From contig OZ176051.1 in the NCBI GenBank assembly GCA_964247055.1, positions 1,178,001 through 1,242,000 on the forward strand: a stretch of 64,000 nt of DNA, given 5' to 3'. Made by a program: the position numbers and the translations under genes. Source of the DNA: Paragordius varius. Its lineage: Eukaryota; Animalia; Nematomorpha. Of the stretch, positions 10,607-23,513 are shown piece by piece (the first letter of the stretch is position 1; each line of letters opens with the position of its first letter). Below the pieces are notes generated by a model. The model did not search any database and was not told the DNA's origin. It saw only the letters and a list, made by a program, of their open reading frames with translations.

Positions 10607-12370
10607 TAGCGTAAATCTCGTTCTGCCACGTGGCCCGAGGAATGTGGATTATTTCGAAACATTATTTAATAGCTATGACTCATAGGATTTTCAAAACGGT
10701 GAATTCATACTAATATATTGTTTACTAGTGTAAAGGTCCCAAATGGACGGCTAACGAAACCGCTATACTATAATTTTCACCTTTTATGGGTAATTTAAAG
10801 GCTTTATTGAACTCGTATGGCTTCTTATGTTTTTTAAAAATTAGATCCAAAGGCACTTCATTTTTGTATGGGGTCTCAGTTTTAAATCGGTAGACCCCTA
10901 CCCATAGGTCTATATGGAAAAAGCGCTATGTTAAATTTTTTGCCTTTATAGGGAAAATATTTGGAATCATCTTTGAGACCAGTGTCTCATGGGTTATTCG
11001 AAAAAATACCTCAACACTAAATAATCGTTATATGGCGTATTTTTACGGCATAAAGGCCCCAAATTAACGGCCAATAAAAAAAGGCCTGACCTTAATTTTT
11101 ACCTAGTTACGGGTAGTATTTCAAACTTTAATTGAGCTCGTATGGCATAAGTTTTAAATTAGTTCCAAAACAACGCAATTTCTATATGGTGGCTCATTTT
11201 TGGCTGGTAGCTCCTTACCCATAAGCAGGTATAAAAAGCGTCGGGCAAATTTCTCTTTATATGGGGAGTATCTGGTATTATAATGGCCATCTGTTCCTAT
11301 AATTTCTTGGAAATATTGCTTTAAAACAAAAAATTGGTCTATGGCGGCGAATTTTTCAGGGCGTAAAACCTTTTTTAGCGACAAATTGAAATAACCCCCT
11401 ATACTAAAATAATTGTTTTTTAAGGGGTAATAAATATTTAAGGCCCTTATTAAACTGATATCGCCTTATAAGTTCTCTGAAAATTAACTCCTAAACAAAT
11501 CAATTTCGATATGATGGCGCAGTTGTAGGCGGGTAGCTCCCTACCCAGTGGCTGATACAAAAAGGCGCTTAATTAAAACTTTTGCCTGTTTACGAAAAAT
11601 ACCTGGAATCATGATTGATTCCATATGCTCTCATTAGTCGTCGAAAAAATGGCTCAAAATTAAAAAATTATTCTATGGTGGCGCATTTTTCAGGGCTTAA
11701 AGGGCCTATTTAACCGCTAATATAAAATATCCTCTCTACTTAAATTTTAAATTTTTACGGGTAATATTTTAAGCACGGATTGAACTCATATGGCCTGAAG
11801 GATTTTCTGCGATTTAGCCCCAAAGGCACGCTATTTCGCTGTGACGGGTCAATTTTTAGCGGGTTCCTTACCCAGCAGCTATCATCAAAGAAACGCTTGA
11901 CTAAAATTTTTGCCTTTTAACAAGTACCTGGAACCATTACTGAATTTATGGTCTCATACTTTGGGTGAAAAATAGATTCAAAAAATTATTTTTGTGGACA
12001 ATTTTTTTGAAAAAAATGGCATTTTACGGGAAGAGCGGGTAAAAAGAGGGTCTAAATTAAAAAAGCGAGCCGACTATGTTCGGCCAATCGAAAATTAGCA
12101 AACAAAAATCATATTTGAAATTGAATGGTCCAACACGTTTTCTGGAAAATTGTCTCAAAGACACGATTTTTGTGGACTTCTATTTTCAAAAAAAACCGGT
12201 TTTTTACGCGGGGTAAACCCGAACTGGGGCCTAATTCAAAAAAGGGCGAAGCTATTGTAGGGGCATTCATTAATGATTATATTTTTTCGATATTTGGATT
12301 TATATAGTTCTACCGGTTTTCCGGAAACAAATCATGAAGCCACCACTTTCCATTTTTATAAATATATAGA
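10606..12370 (-). mobile_element. Non-autonomous Helitron copy H2 (1765 bp) with about four diverged ~325-bp internal units
   Basis: CTAG end at 10606-10609 and TC start at 12370. Unit anchors AA(G)CGC...AAATTTTTGCC at ~10921, 11237, 11562 and 11891. Confidence 0.9.
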
Positions 12371-12975
12371 TTATCGAATTTTACACCCCTCCCCCCGTTT
12401 TGTGCCCTTTGCAATAAAATTTTTGGTAGTTGCCAAATCTTTACAAATTATTTGTTAATATATTTTTCGCATACAGTCAAGTCTTTTTTGCGTGGATTCT
12501 GTAGAGATTTTCTTTTCAACCTATTTTATGTTATATTTGGAACTTTATGTAAAAAATCACCTTATCGTTTAGGCAATTTTAATTAGCGCTCTATTTTTGT
12601 GCGTCTTTATTCGTCCGCCAAATTTATTATAACTTCTAGATTTTATTTTTGAAAATTTATTTTTCCTAAAGTATTTTTTCAGGCACTAATAATTTAATGT
12701 TCATCTATTAAAATTCGATCATTATAAATAATGATATTTTTGAAAACATAAGTCAATTATCATTGGTATAAAAATTGCAATAAAAATATAAATGTGATTG
12801 CAAGAGTAGATAATTGCGCCAGAAGTTATTTAAATATTTTATAGAGTTCATACTATCAAATAAAAGAAGCAATAACCATCATTTTAAAACAAAAATTAGA
12901 ATTTATTTTAATTTTACTTTAACACATCATAATTTTGTATGATAAATCTTTGAATATTTATAATGGCTTAAGATG

Positions 12976-13126
12976 TGTTACGTTATTTAGCTACGTTGGT
13001 AGAGTGGTTTCGTTGTACAGTTTATAAAGGACAATATTTAAGCACACTGAAATATACGATAATAATTTATTCGGTTTAAGAAAATTACAGAGGAAAAATA
13101 ATATGTGTATTTGCGTTTCAATTACA
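12976..13126 (-). mobile_element. Candidate 3' LTR of the Ty3/gypsy relic
   Basis: TGT...ACA ends, a short purine run (AGGAAAAA) just upstream on the minus strand, and position directly after integrase remnants. No second LTR found. Confidence 0.35.
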
Positions 13127-13133
13127 ATTTTTC

Positions 13134-13551
13134 CTATGTAGAGCTAAGGTGAAAAGTTTTGATAATCAACCCTTTAATACCTTCTTCCTTAAGCTTGATA
13201 TCCGTCGGGAGGTTTTCGGGACCCGATTGGGTACGGATGAGTTGTAGAAGCTTCACTTGTTTGCCTGAGAATATTGTCACTTGGATCTGATTAATTGATT
13301 TAAAAGCTCGTCCATGTTTTCGGGGGTTATTACTTCGTGTTCCGCGGAGTTCTTCTGGGTTGCGGGTGATGTATGAGTTATTGTGGTGAATATTGCTGGG
13401 GAAGATTCTTATTATTTTACTCCTTTTTTCCGTCATCTTTGGCAGACCGTCTATGCTATTTTTTGCTCTTGTCGTTTACGTTTACGATAACCATCCCGTT
13501 TGTCGAATCGACAAATGTTCCTCACTCTAACCAGTACACAATTCGTTCTTA

Positions 13552-13586
<35 letters not shown>

Positions 13587-15400
13587 CTTTTAGCCCTTTT
13601 AAAACTCTTCGATCGGGAATATCCATGAGCTCATTGGGTATGGTTTTGTCCCATATTCAAGGATTTTAAAAACTTTGCTTTAAAAAGAGATTTGCCGGAT
13701 TTCCTTTGTAGAACTGTGATGGGTGTTGCGGTAGGTCCATCTGATTCAATCATCGTTGGGTCGGATGGGAATTGGCTCATTAAATGGTGATTTTTCAATG
13801 TGTAAATTACTCTCTCTCTCTCTACCAACCCATCTGTTGGGGGGTGGTAGAGAGCGGAGTTTACATGTTTCAAATTAGAGGACGATAAAAAATTTCACAT
13901 ACCTTGATTTAAAAAATGAGGCTGTTAGAGGGAACGTAAACTTGAAATAAATTTTATTCGGTTTTTTTGTGCCTTATATATGCTATTTTTCGGTGTACAT
14001 AATTTGTATTATAACGATAAAATACAAAATAATATAAAAATAGGACAATTCAAATCTCACAGAAAATTATAATATACAACCAAAATATATATATGAAATT
14101 TGCATGTAACAGAGGCATTATCGGTAATCACCATTTTCGTGTACCCGTAAAGACAAAAACATGTTTCTAAAAACTTTAAGATATAACTTGTATCCGTTTT
14201 GATTATTTCTACGTCCACCCAGCTGGTGAAACGATTAATTAATACCACGCAGTAGGAGTTGTCAATGGGGCCGACGATATCCAGGTAGAGCCGTTTCCCA
14301 GACGGTGGTATTGACATTCCATTGGTAGGTTAAATTTTCGGGTACATTTTGGCGTAGCCTTGGACAGTTTTGGCAGTTGCGCATATCTTGGCTTAACCAG
14401 GGCAATTTCACGGCCCGATATAGCCGTATGCCCGGATGGCTACGACGCAGGTACTTAATATGGGTCTTCGCTTTATCCGGAATTATTAGCCTATATTCCA
14501 CAAATAATAAACCATATATATCCGCTTGATTTTTCATCTCGCTGCTAACCAGGGCGTCCGTCTATTTATTAGACCTCAGCGCTACTTTCGATTTCGCTAT
14601 TGTAGGGTCTGGATTCTAATATAAAATTTCGCTATTTTATTTAACCCACTGGACCATAAGTGAACATCGCAAACTACGTCTTTCTCCAATGTCATCGCCT
14701 CTTGATCATGGGCAGCCTAGAAAGGCAATGAGCTATCTTTTCCCTTTTTAGGACTATATTTGATATTAAAATAATAGACGTTCTTGTTAATCAACGCAAC
14801 AGTTTACTATGTGTTACTTAAATCTCTTTGAGGCCCAGATAGTTTTACTAAAGGCTCATGGTCCGTTTTTATTATAAATTTTCTGCCATACAAAAAAGTA
14901 TTACACTTGTAAAGCGATTATTAGAATTGCCTTCGTTTCTCGCTTAAATTTTGAGTAGTTTTGTTCAACTAGCGAGCATGACGTGTCGGCGATCGGTTGT
15001 AAGCCAGCTTTATTGATAATAAAACACCATAATCTAAAATGGACGTGTCGGTTTATAAGATTAGGTGTAAATGGGTTACAGAAATATGCTTGCTCTCGTC
15101 AGCATGGACTTGGAAGTAAAATACCATGGGATCCTGATTAGTTGATTGAATCATTGTCGTCTACTATATACTTGAGCACCATAGCTCTATTCTGCAACAA
15201 GGTGATTTAGAAGGTCAGAGCCCAAACAATTACAATATAAAAACTAAAATGATCGTTGAAATATGGGATTACCTTTTTGATTTACGATCCGAGATTTATA
15301 CCAGCAAGGCTTTATCAGAGTCCGCTCTTGAACTTATAAAACATTAATTTTTATACTGGTTTCCTCTGGACTTCCGTGTAAGTGGGAGGGATTTGGTTCC
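13134..15400 (-). pseudogene. Degenerate Ty3/gypsy pol (RT tail, RNase H, integrase)
   Basis: Pieces TDTSILDYGVLLS / EQNYS / YGRKFIIKTDHEPL (RNase H), RRSHPGI...CQNC (integrase zinc finger), RLYLDIVGPI...VITDNA (integrase core) and ALYHPPTDGLVER. Many stops and frameshifts. Confidence 0.85.
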
Positions 15401-15499
15401 TAACCTTTAACTTATTGCTTGTACAACCATGCAGCATGAGCTAATGATAGATTATGGTTATTGATTACGCACGTTATGAGGGGCGAAAGGTATAGGAAG

Positions 15500-16100
15500 A
15501 TAAATAAATTTAACAAGAGCTTATAAGGACTAGCTAACATTTATATGGAACCGTAAGGACTGTCATTTCAAGGTCTGGAGATAAATGTGTTATTGCATTT
15601 TGTGATCAATGGTCTTTAGATTACGACGATCCTACTTGGAAGGGTATAGCATCAATACGTAGAAAATAATATTGATACGTTGAAAGTTCGGAAATTAGAA
15701 AAAACTTTTTTGCCACCTTAAATTAGCAGCATGAGTCGATATTAAAAAAGACTAGAGACCTGATCTGCCAGAGTAGGTCCTTCCATCGTATAAACCCAAA
15801 TTACCCCTAATTTTAGAAACCGACGCGTCCCTTTTAGGTTAAGGTGCTATTTTATCACATAGAACAAGAGATAGCATACAACCGATAGTCTAAACATCCA
15901 ATACTTGCAAGCTGAACAAAACTACTCAATAATGGAACACAAGTAAAGGCGAATCTAAAGCTTTGGTGAATTTAAAACTTTTTTGTATGGCAGAAAATTT
16001 ATAATAAAAACGGACCGAATGCCTTTTTTGGAGATTATATACATAATTGTAAATTTGCGTTGAATAACAAGAACATCTGTGTTTGTTTCTCGATACCCCT
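15500..16100 (+). pseudogene. Second, oppositely oriented Ty3/gypsy RT-RNase H fragment
   Basis: LPLILETDASLLG*GAILSH...QPI...AEQNYS on the + strand. TTTGTATGGCAGAAAATTT(T)ATAATAAAAACGGACC is shared with the reverse complement of ~14860-14900. Confidence 0.8.
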
Positions 16101-16249
16101 GGGAGAGAAAACATACGATATTGGAAAAATACGAAGGAAGATATATTAAGCGAAATTGGGAGGTATAAAACGTCGCACCACCGATTCCATTTCCAGAGGC
16201 CGGTATAAAAATATTCCCCTCCTCAAAAAATATTTTTTCCTCGCGTGTA

Positions 16250-16640
16250 TTAATTTAAATGAAGAGGGTTGGAACGGAATCATTCACACAGTGTGTGTTG
16301 AGAATGAAATGGCCATCTACTGCCGTTTTTCATCTAACATTGACACACGAGAAGGCACGAAATGGAATGAGGTATGTAAATAATGGTAACAATGATAATC
16401 AAAATCACAACAATAATATTAGCCATATGAATAATAGTAAGGTAACTTATATAGCCACAATCCACAAATCATAAATAACAATAATAATTATAACACCATC
16501 AGAGATATTCCGACATCCTCCAACTAGTACGGACGAAACTGCACAAAATGCCGTAGGACACACGCTTTTGGACACTGTCCGGCCTATGGACAAAATAGAT
16601 GCCATAGTCTTAACTATTATGCACGATGGTGTGAGGTAAC
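16250..16640 (+). pseudogene. Ty3/gypsy gag remnant with zinc knuckle
   Basis: CTKCRRTHAFGHCPAYGQNRCHSLNYYARWC resembles the gypsy Gag CxxC..H....CPAYG knuckle. Confidence 0.7.
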
Positions 16641-17473
16641 CCTCAAATCATATTTTTAATAAGGCAAAAAAATCAAAATCTTCCCAAAAATAAATTATTT
16701 ATTAATCAAAATAATTTTTGATATGGGTCTGATATTTGAATTATAAATTATAATAGCTACAAAAAGTTTTTTTGTATTTATGCTAACTAAAAATAGTGAA
16801 TATTGAATTTAAAATATGTCGAAAGAGATTTAACTATATATTAAAAATGAAAAATTATGTTTTAAATATACCGTTTACTTTAGGTCCGATTATATTGTCC
16901 GTTAAAATGGGCAGGTGTTCTAAAAAACAAATAGGCCAACATTGTGGGATGAAATTAATATATGCCAGGATTAACACATCTAATAAATTATTTTAATAAT
17001 ATTATTTGCATTTAAAAATAAACAAAATTGCTAAAACATAAAAGTATTTTGCAGCCTACAAATGTAAACAGAATTCCACTTAAAATTTTTTAAATTTTCT
17101 GCAACTTGATCAGCGAATGGTACGCAATCATCTGTCCCTCTCGTCATACTGTGGACATGGCTGTGAGCATTTATTTTTGGAAAATAAATTGGAATTCCCC
17201 TAAATCAAGTACAAGCCAATTTGGCAAAAAAAGTGATTAGGGATGCAGATATTTAATTTTCAAATAAAAATTTTTAAAAAGGCAAATTTTAAATTTTATA
17301 AAAGATTTTTAGGTCTATAAATATACTATCCTTCTTCCAAATATCGGTCATATAAATATGTTTTTACCACAAAAGGTCATGCAAGAATGTTTTATCTATG
17401 CTATATATGCCTTTTAGAAAGGAATTAAAAAATGTATATAAACAATAAATATTCCAAAAAATCGATTTGGTGG

Positions 17474-19035
17474 ATGTATTTGAGAATTCAATTGTTTTCT
17501 TTGACTATTTTACCAACATTCAGCCATGAAAGGCCTCCATTTTCATTTGACTGTTTACTTGATAATTTTTCTTTACGCTTTAATAAATCTGCGAACAGGT
17601 ATTTGGTTAGTACAAAAGGTCACTCATCGGAATGCTATTTCCCATTGAATGAGGAAATGAAAGATGAATTCTACACAATAACAATACCTTTTAAAAATTG
17701 TGGAACTCCAAACCAAGCAAATTCTACAGCCATTATAATTTATCTAATAGATGAAGATCTGGGCATTACCAAAAATTATTCCATTTCGTGCGATAAAACA
17801 CATAATATATCAGTTCCCGATATTCTCGATAAGGGGATACAAGTTAAACAAATATTCTGTAATGTAGATTAGATTGTATCCAAGAATAGTGCGAAATGTA
17901 AGTATATATGTATAAAATATATTATCAAAGTTGGAGCAATTTGCGGATATTATATCCATTTATCATGCTTATTTTTTTGTTTTGATAATATAAAAGCGTC
18001 TTTCCCATTTTTCTGAAAACTTCTTTATTTTTAGACCTTAATAATTATCGTATTAATATTTCAATCGTTAGTCGGAAAAAGGTTTAGATTGATTGAATAA
18101 TGTTTTTACGCTTTGTTACTCCATATTACAATTAAAGTTTTATTCCAAATATGCGATAACATCGATAGGTAGCGAGAGGCCTAATTAATTAAAAAATTGT
18201 ATTTCTCTATTTAAAATGTTGAATAAGCCACAGTTTTGACTAAAAAATATATTATTTTAATTTTTTGGTCAGTGAAACAAGTGGTATGCACGAAAGATGG
18301 TATGAACGTTAAATTCGATTTTGCGAAAATGTTTGAAGGGAAGTTATTTACAATCGGTCATTTACCGGGTAAATGGACAAGGAAATGTTTTTATTATGGA
18401 GATTTGAGTCGCACACTTAATATAACAATTCCATTGAATGATTGTGGGACCCAAAGATTGGTAATACCCTGATAACTTATCTATTCCTATTTTCATTCAG
18501 AATTAGCATTTTTACAGCCAAACTCAACTTTTCTACTAACTGCTTAATTAACAGATGTTTTTAAACATTTAAGTTTAACAATGTATTTCCTCTATTTTTA
18601 ATATGCTATATAATTTTAAAACCAATGTCTTACGAAAATATTTTCCCATCCATTTTAAATTAACAACCGGATTTAGTAATCATATCAAAAAGAATTTTTT
18701 AATAAAGCCGTTTTTGGAATTGAGTGTTGAGTTTGATTGGGAAAGTGTTGAATTTGGTTGAAAATAGTTGAGTTAAAATAATCGTTTTCAATACATAGAA
18801 TGACACATTTTATACTAATCGGGTGATAATTGAATTTCCAAACGAATATAAAGGACAACCCGGATTTGAAATTCATAATTTTAGGTGTACTTTGGCCAAC
18901 AATCCTGAAAGGATTATATATGTACCGAATTTCACCTATAAAACAACACAAACTACAACCAACGTCAAAAGCACAACTGATATGGAGAGATTTAGGTTCT
19001 TTAAAAAATTTCATAAATTTATCTTAAGGTGGTAA
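17474..19035 (+). CDS. Secreted protein with two tandem ZP-N domains (cuticlin/dusky/NompA-like N halves). Exons ~17474-17842, 17873-17897, 18273-18460, 18799-~19035; 3' end uncertain
   Basis: Hydrophobic leader MYLRIQLFSLTILPTFS, then two 4-Cys units: DC..STKGHSSEC..ITIPFKNCGT..YSISC and VCTKDGMNVKF..FEGKLFTIG..KC..ITIPLNDCGT|NDTFYTNRVIIEF..NFRC. Confidence 0.75.
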
Positions 19036-21029
19036 AGTATATTTTATCATCTTCTAAATTGATATATAGATTACGAGTTTTAAACATTTAATTATATATT
19101 ATTTATAGGAAACAAAAGAAAAAATTGAGGAAGAGTAACTATAACAGTATAATTTGGCTAATGTTTAGTTATTTTTGACCTATTAAATTTTTAATTCCAG
19201 GTTATAATAAATGCTTGTAAATATTTCATTATCAATCAAATAGTTCGTAAGATATGTTCAGATATCCAAATTATTAATATGAATCCAGTCGCGAAATTCT
19301 TTTAACAAAATGTATATTTTGACCAAAAATTGTAATTGTGATTTTGTTAACTTGTAAAGATGAGGAGATAATATAAGAAATGTGAAATGAACTGAATTAT
19401 TTATTTGGTTTTTTTAGGGTTTATATAGTAATTTTAGTTGTACATAAATTGCATTATATCAATAAAATTTCAAGTAACAAAGGTTATAATATTTACATAT
19501 TACACAAAAAATATAAAAAATAATACAATTCAAATAACGGTGAAAGTTATGATATATAACCAAGGTATGTATTTCACATTTGCATATAACACAGAAAATT
19601 ATGATATAAAAATAAAGTATATCTTTCAGATTTGCATAACAGATTTGTTGATCAATCTCTCTGGAACGGAAATTTAAACTTTATGATTTTGAGTCAAAAG
19701 ACCATTTTATGCTCAATAATATTATTTTATTATCAAGGGCATGTTAAAGCTTTAATTCTATTTGCCGTAAATATAATTGATATATTTTAAACTTATCAAT
19801 TTAATTCATTGTTACATATAAAAAAAGATTGAAAAAAATTTTTTCAATAGAATGAAAAAATTAAACACCTCCATATAACAAGGCAACACTTAATATATTA
19901 TATTTCGCCAAAGCCATAAACCCAGAAATACATTTATAAAATTTTAATCATAAATAATAACAAATTTTCTAATATATTATGCAATATTTAAACAAATTGA
20001 GGTGACACGCTATTCTGGCGACATCAAAACGGGAAGATAAAATTCTAAGAATTGGCACATGCTAAATTTTATTAGTTTTTTAGAATATATTATATTAAAA
20101 TTTAGCGATTTATTACTCCCGCGTTTGCATTAATTTTGCAGACCTGATCGCATTTCTACCGATTTTGTTATGATTTATAAATATTTAAATTTTCCTTTTA
20201 TTCCAAAACACAAGGGGTATTCTGCATGCGGCCTTCCAAATATTTCTGCCGCCGCGTGAAATTATAAAAATACCAAATACATAATTTTATAATAATTTAT
20301 ATTCACAAAATTCAAATATAATTAATAATTCTTAGAAATTTTCTGTACTAATATTGTTTAAACAAATATAGTCATGTCTTCGTAAATTTTTACATTCTTA
20401 TGTAAAATGTAACAAAATATTTATTGATGCCCATGTATTTTTCGAATGCGAAACATATGTCGGCTTGCCTGGTTTAGATTTTAAAATTATATATTCATAA
20501 CTAAATTAAAAAAATTTTAAACAAGAATTTTGTTAAATTATTCGTAAGATTCAAAATACATTAAAATTGCCTTTAACTATTTGCCTTAAAATTTAAATTT
20601 TGGCAATTTTTTTAAGCGTATTTCGTCGTGTTTAGAATCTTGGTGGAAGCGGTATAAGCACTAAAATATAAATAGATTAATATAATTTAATGACGCTAAA
20701 CATTTCTATTACCTCAAAATTCTGATTATAATATCAGTTCGTCTTCAAATTTTGTAATATATTTCAGAAAGACATTTAGGATATTTTTCAAAACCCCCGA
20801 TTTGGTGCATTATGTTATAATAGTATATTATTTAATTGCGCATTTTTTAATATATCGGGTCCAAAATTATCTTTATGTATATATTTTCTGGTAGAATACA
20901 TCAAGACTCTTTAGTTCTTTATGCTTTGTGCGCTACGGACCATTTTGGAAAATAAATTTTTGTGGTTGCTTCATGTCAGAAATTTTTGATTTTATAAGCA
21001 ATTTCGTTATGCGGCTCGAAGATTTAAAA

Positions 21030-22410
21030 TGATTCACATAGTCTCATATTCTGAAATTTGACTCCAAAGGCCTGTATCGATATGATGGTGCAGTTGTAGG
21101 CGGGTAGCCCCCTACCCAGAGGCCAATATAAAATGAAAATTTTGCCTTTACCTGAAATCATCATTCATTCCTAATAGTTTATGGAAGAATGGCTTCAAAA
21201 CTAAATAATAGTTCAATGATAGCGCATTTTTTAGGGAGTAAAGGGCCTATTTAACGGCGAATTCAAAAAATACTAAAATTTTTGACTTTTTACGGGTAAT
21301 ACTTTAAGCAGCTATTAAATTCATATGGCCTGATAGGTTTTCTGAAATTTGGCCCCAAAAGCAGTGGCGTACCGCGAATTTGCGGCGCCCGGGGCATAAA
21401 ACTTTTCTGGCGTCCCTCCCCCCCTTTTTTAAAGCCAATAAAACAATTTAGTAAAAAAAATACAAACGTTGTAATCTAAACACCATAGATAAGACAGCAC
21501 AGTTATATATATATATATATATATATTTATATGATACTAAATTTATTCAATGGTACTGATTAGGTGAATAATATAGTATATATTATAGGGATTATTACCT
21601 AAATTGCTGAAAAATCTCATTTGAAAGTTTTTATTATTTTTCATAATTAAAATTTAATTTTAAAAAATCATTTAGGGGCCTCTAAATAACGGCGCCGGGG
21701 CATGATGCACTCCCTTGCCCCCCCCCCCTCGGTACGCCCCTGCCCAAAAGCACGCCATTTCGATATGAGTGGTCAGTTTTTCACGGGTAGCTCCTTACTC
21801 AGCAGCTATCATCAAGGAAACGCTTGACTAAAATTTTAGCCTTTTAACAGGGAATACCAGAATCCTTATTGAATTTTTGCGGTCTCATACCTTGGGCGAA
21901 AAATAGATTAAAAAATTATTTTTGTGGACTTAGTTTTTTTGAAAAAAATGGGATTTTACGGGGGGAGCGGATAAAATGAGGGCCTAAAATAAAAAAATAA
22001 GTAGACGATGTTAGGCCAATCTAAAATTAGCAAACAAAAATCATATTTGAAATTGAATGGTCCAACACGCACTCCGGAAAATTGCCTCAAAGACACGATT
22101 TTTGTGGACTTGTGTTTTCAAAAAAACCCGTTTATTACACGGGGTGCCGAACTGGGGGTCTATTTCTAAAAAAGGCGAAGCTATTGTCGGGGCATTCATT
22201 AATGATTATTTTTTCGGTTGGATTTGAATGGGTCTACCGTTTTTCCGGAAACAGATCACAAAGTCACATGACGGATTAGTTTTTAGCGGGTAGCTCCTTA
22301 CTAAACAGCTATCATCAAAGAAACGCTTGACTAAAATTTTTGCCTTTTAACGGGGAATATGTGGAATCTTTATTGAATTTTTACGGTCTCATACCTTGGG
22401 CGAAAAATAG
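21030..22410 (-). mobile_element. Truncated Helitron copy H3 (both termini missing)
   Basis: Same internal units and 5' module as H2/H4 (AAACGCTTGACTAAAATTTTTGCC; AATTGAATGGTCCAACACG). Boundaries are approximate. Confidence 0.8.
21362..21742. mobile_element. hAT-type MITE (381 bp) inserted in Helitron H3
   Basis: TIR CAGTGGCGTACCG / CGGTACGCCCCTG. Perfect 8-bp TSD CCCAAAAG. The equivalent empty site (GCCCCAAAGGCACGC) is visible in H2 at ~11817. Confidence 0.92.
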
Positions 22411-22578
22411 AATAAAACTACCAAGGTAAACTAAAGAGTGAAAAGGTAATGAAGTGTTTGCTGATATAATCAAAATATATTAAATTTTTGCTGGTAAGAT
22501 GTAGCCTGATAGCTTTTTAATAATTATTTACATTTTCTTACCATATTATACATTTATTTGCCTATTAAAGCCATTAAA

Positions 22579-23079
22579 CACTTCGATTTAAATTGGGGTA
22601 TTTAAATACCTAGACAATATTTAAATTAATTAATCTTCTATCCTGATAAAAATTATATAAATAAGCCAAATATCTAAATAAAATTTAGCTTTGGAACAAA
22701 AGTTCCTTACTGAACTACCTAGGGGCAATTTTTATTTTGCACATTTTTCCAAATATCGTGTTTATTTGATCCTAATTTTCGTTTGTTAAAATCGGATTAA
22801 CATTAAAAGAAAAAGTGGTATTTGCATTGCATTTTTATTATATTTAGCTTGAGCACATATTGTTTAAATTTTTACCTTTAGGTTTTACTTCTGAATAAGT
22901 AACAACAAGTATTTTTGAATGAATTTTTTTTTATATTTCGATTCATTTGTGTTAAATAAGCGCAAACTTTTGCCATGCTCAGTTTATTTCACATTTTTAA
23001 AACATTTTATTGTAAAAACATTGGGGTACCTAACTACCCCAATTTTGCAGAACTGAAATGAACATGTTGTATCCAAGTG
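22579..23079 (+). mobile_element. Third copy of the TTAA piggyBac-like MITE
   Basis: Starts (TTAA)ACACTTCGATTTAAATTGGGGTATTTAAATACC and ends GTATCCAAGTG|TTAA. Colinear with 2390-2954. Confidence 0.8.
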
Positions 23080-23513
23080 TTAAAATATTTTGGAAAATGG
23101 CGGCAAATAAGTTTGAGGAGTATTTTTTTACAATTTCTAAATTTTTGAATAATACTAAAAAAAGCATATTTTTAAATTCGGCTTAATTGAAATACTCTTT
23201 TTAAGATATTCGTATTTCACGCCGCTCTGGAATATAAAACTTTACCAAAAGATAATGGAGTTAAATAGCTCATGAAAGTACAAAAACGCTCTGCTAATAA
23301 ATGACGCCAAAGTTTGATGTTTTCATTCTAAAATTAAAGGTAAATTTTGAAACAGCCTTCTTATAATTTATATTTTTATGAAGTCCTTGGTTGTGTCAAC
23401 ATCTTTAGTGAGCGGTATATTATTTATTTTATATGAGAACATATTTTAATCCTTTTATATCGAATAATGGTATACCAAGTTGAATATTTAGTTGTGCATA
23501 CAAAAGTGTTACC

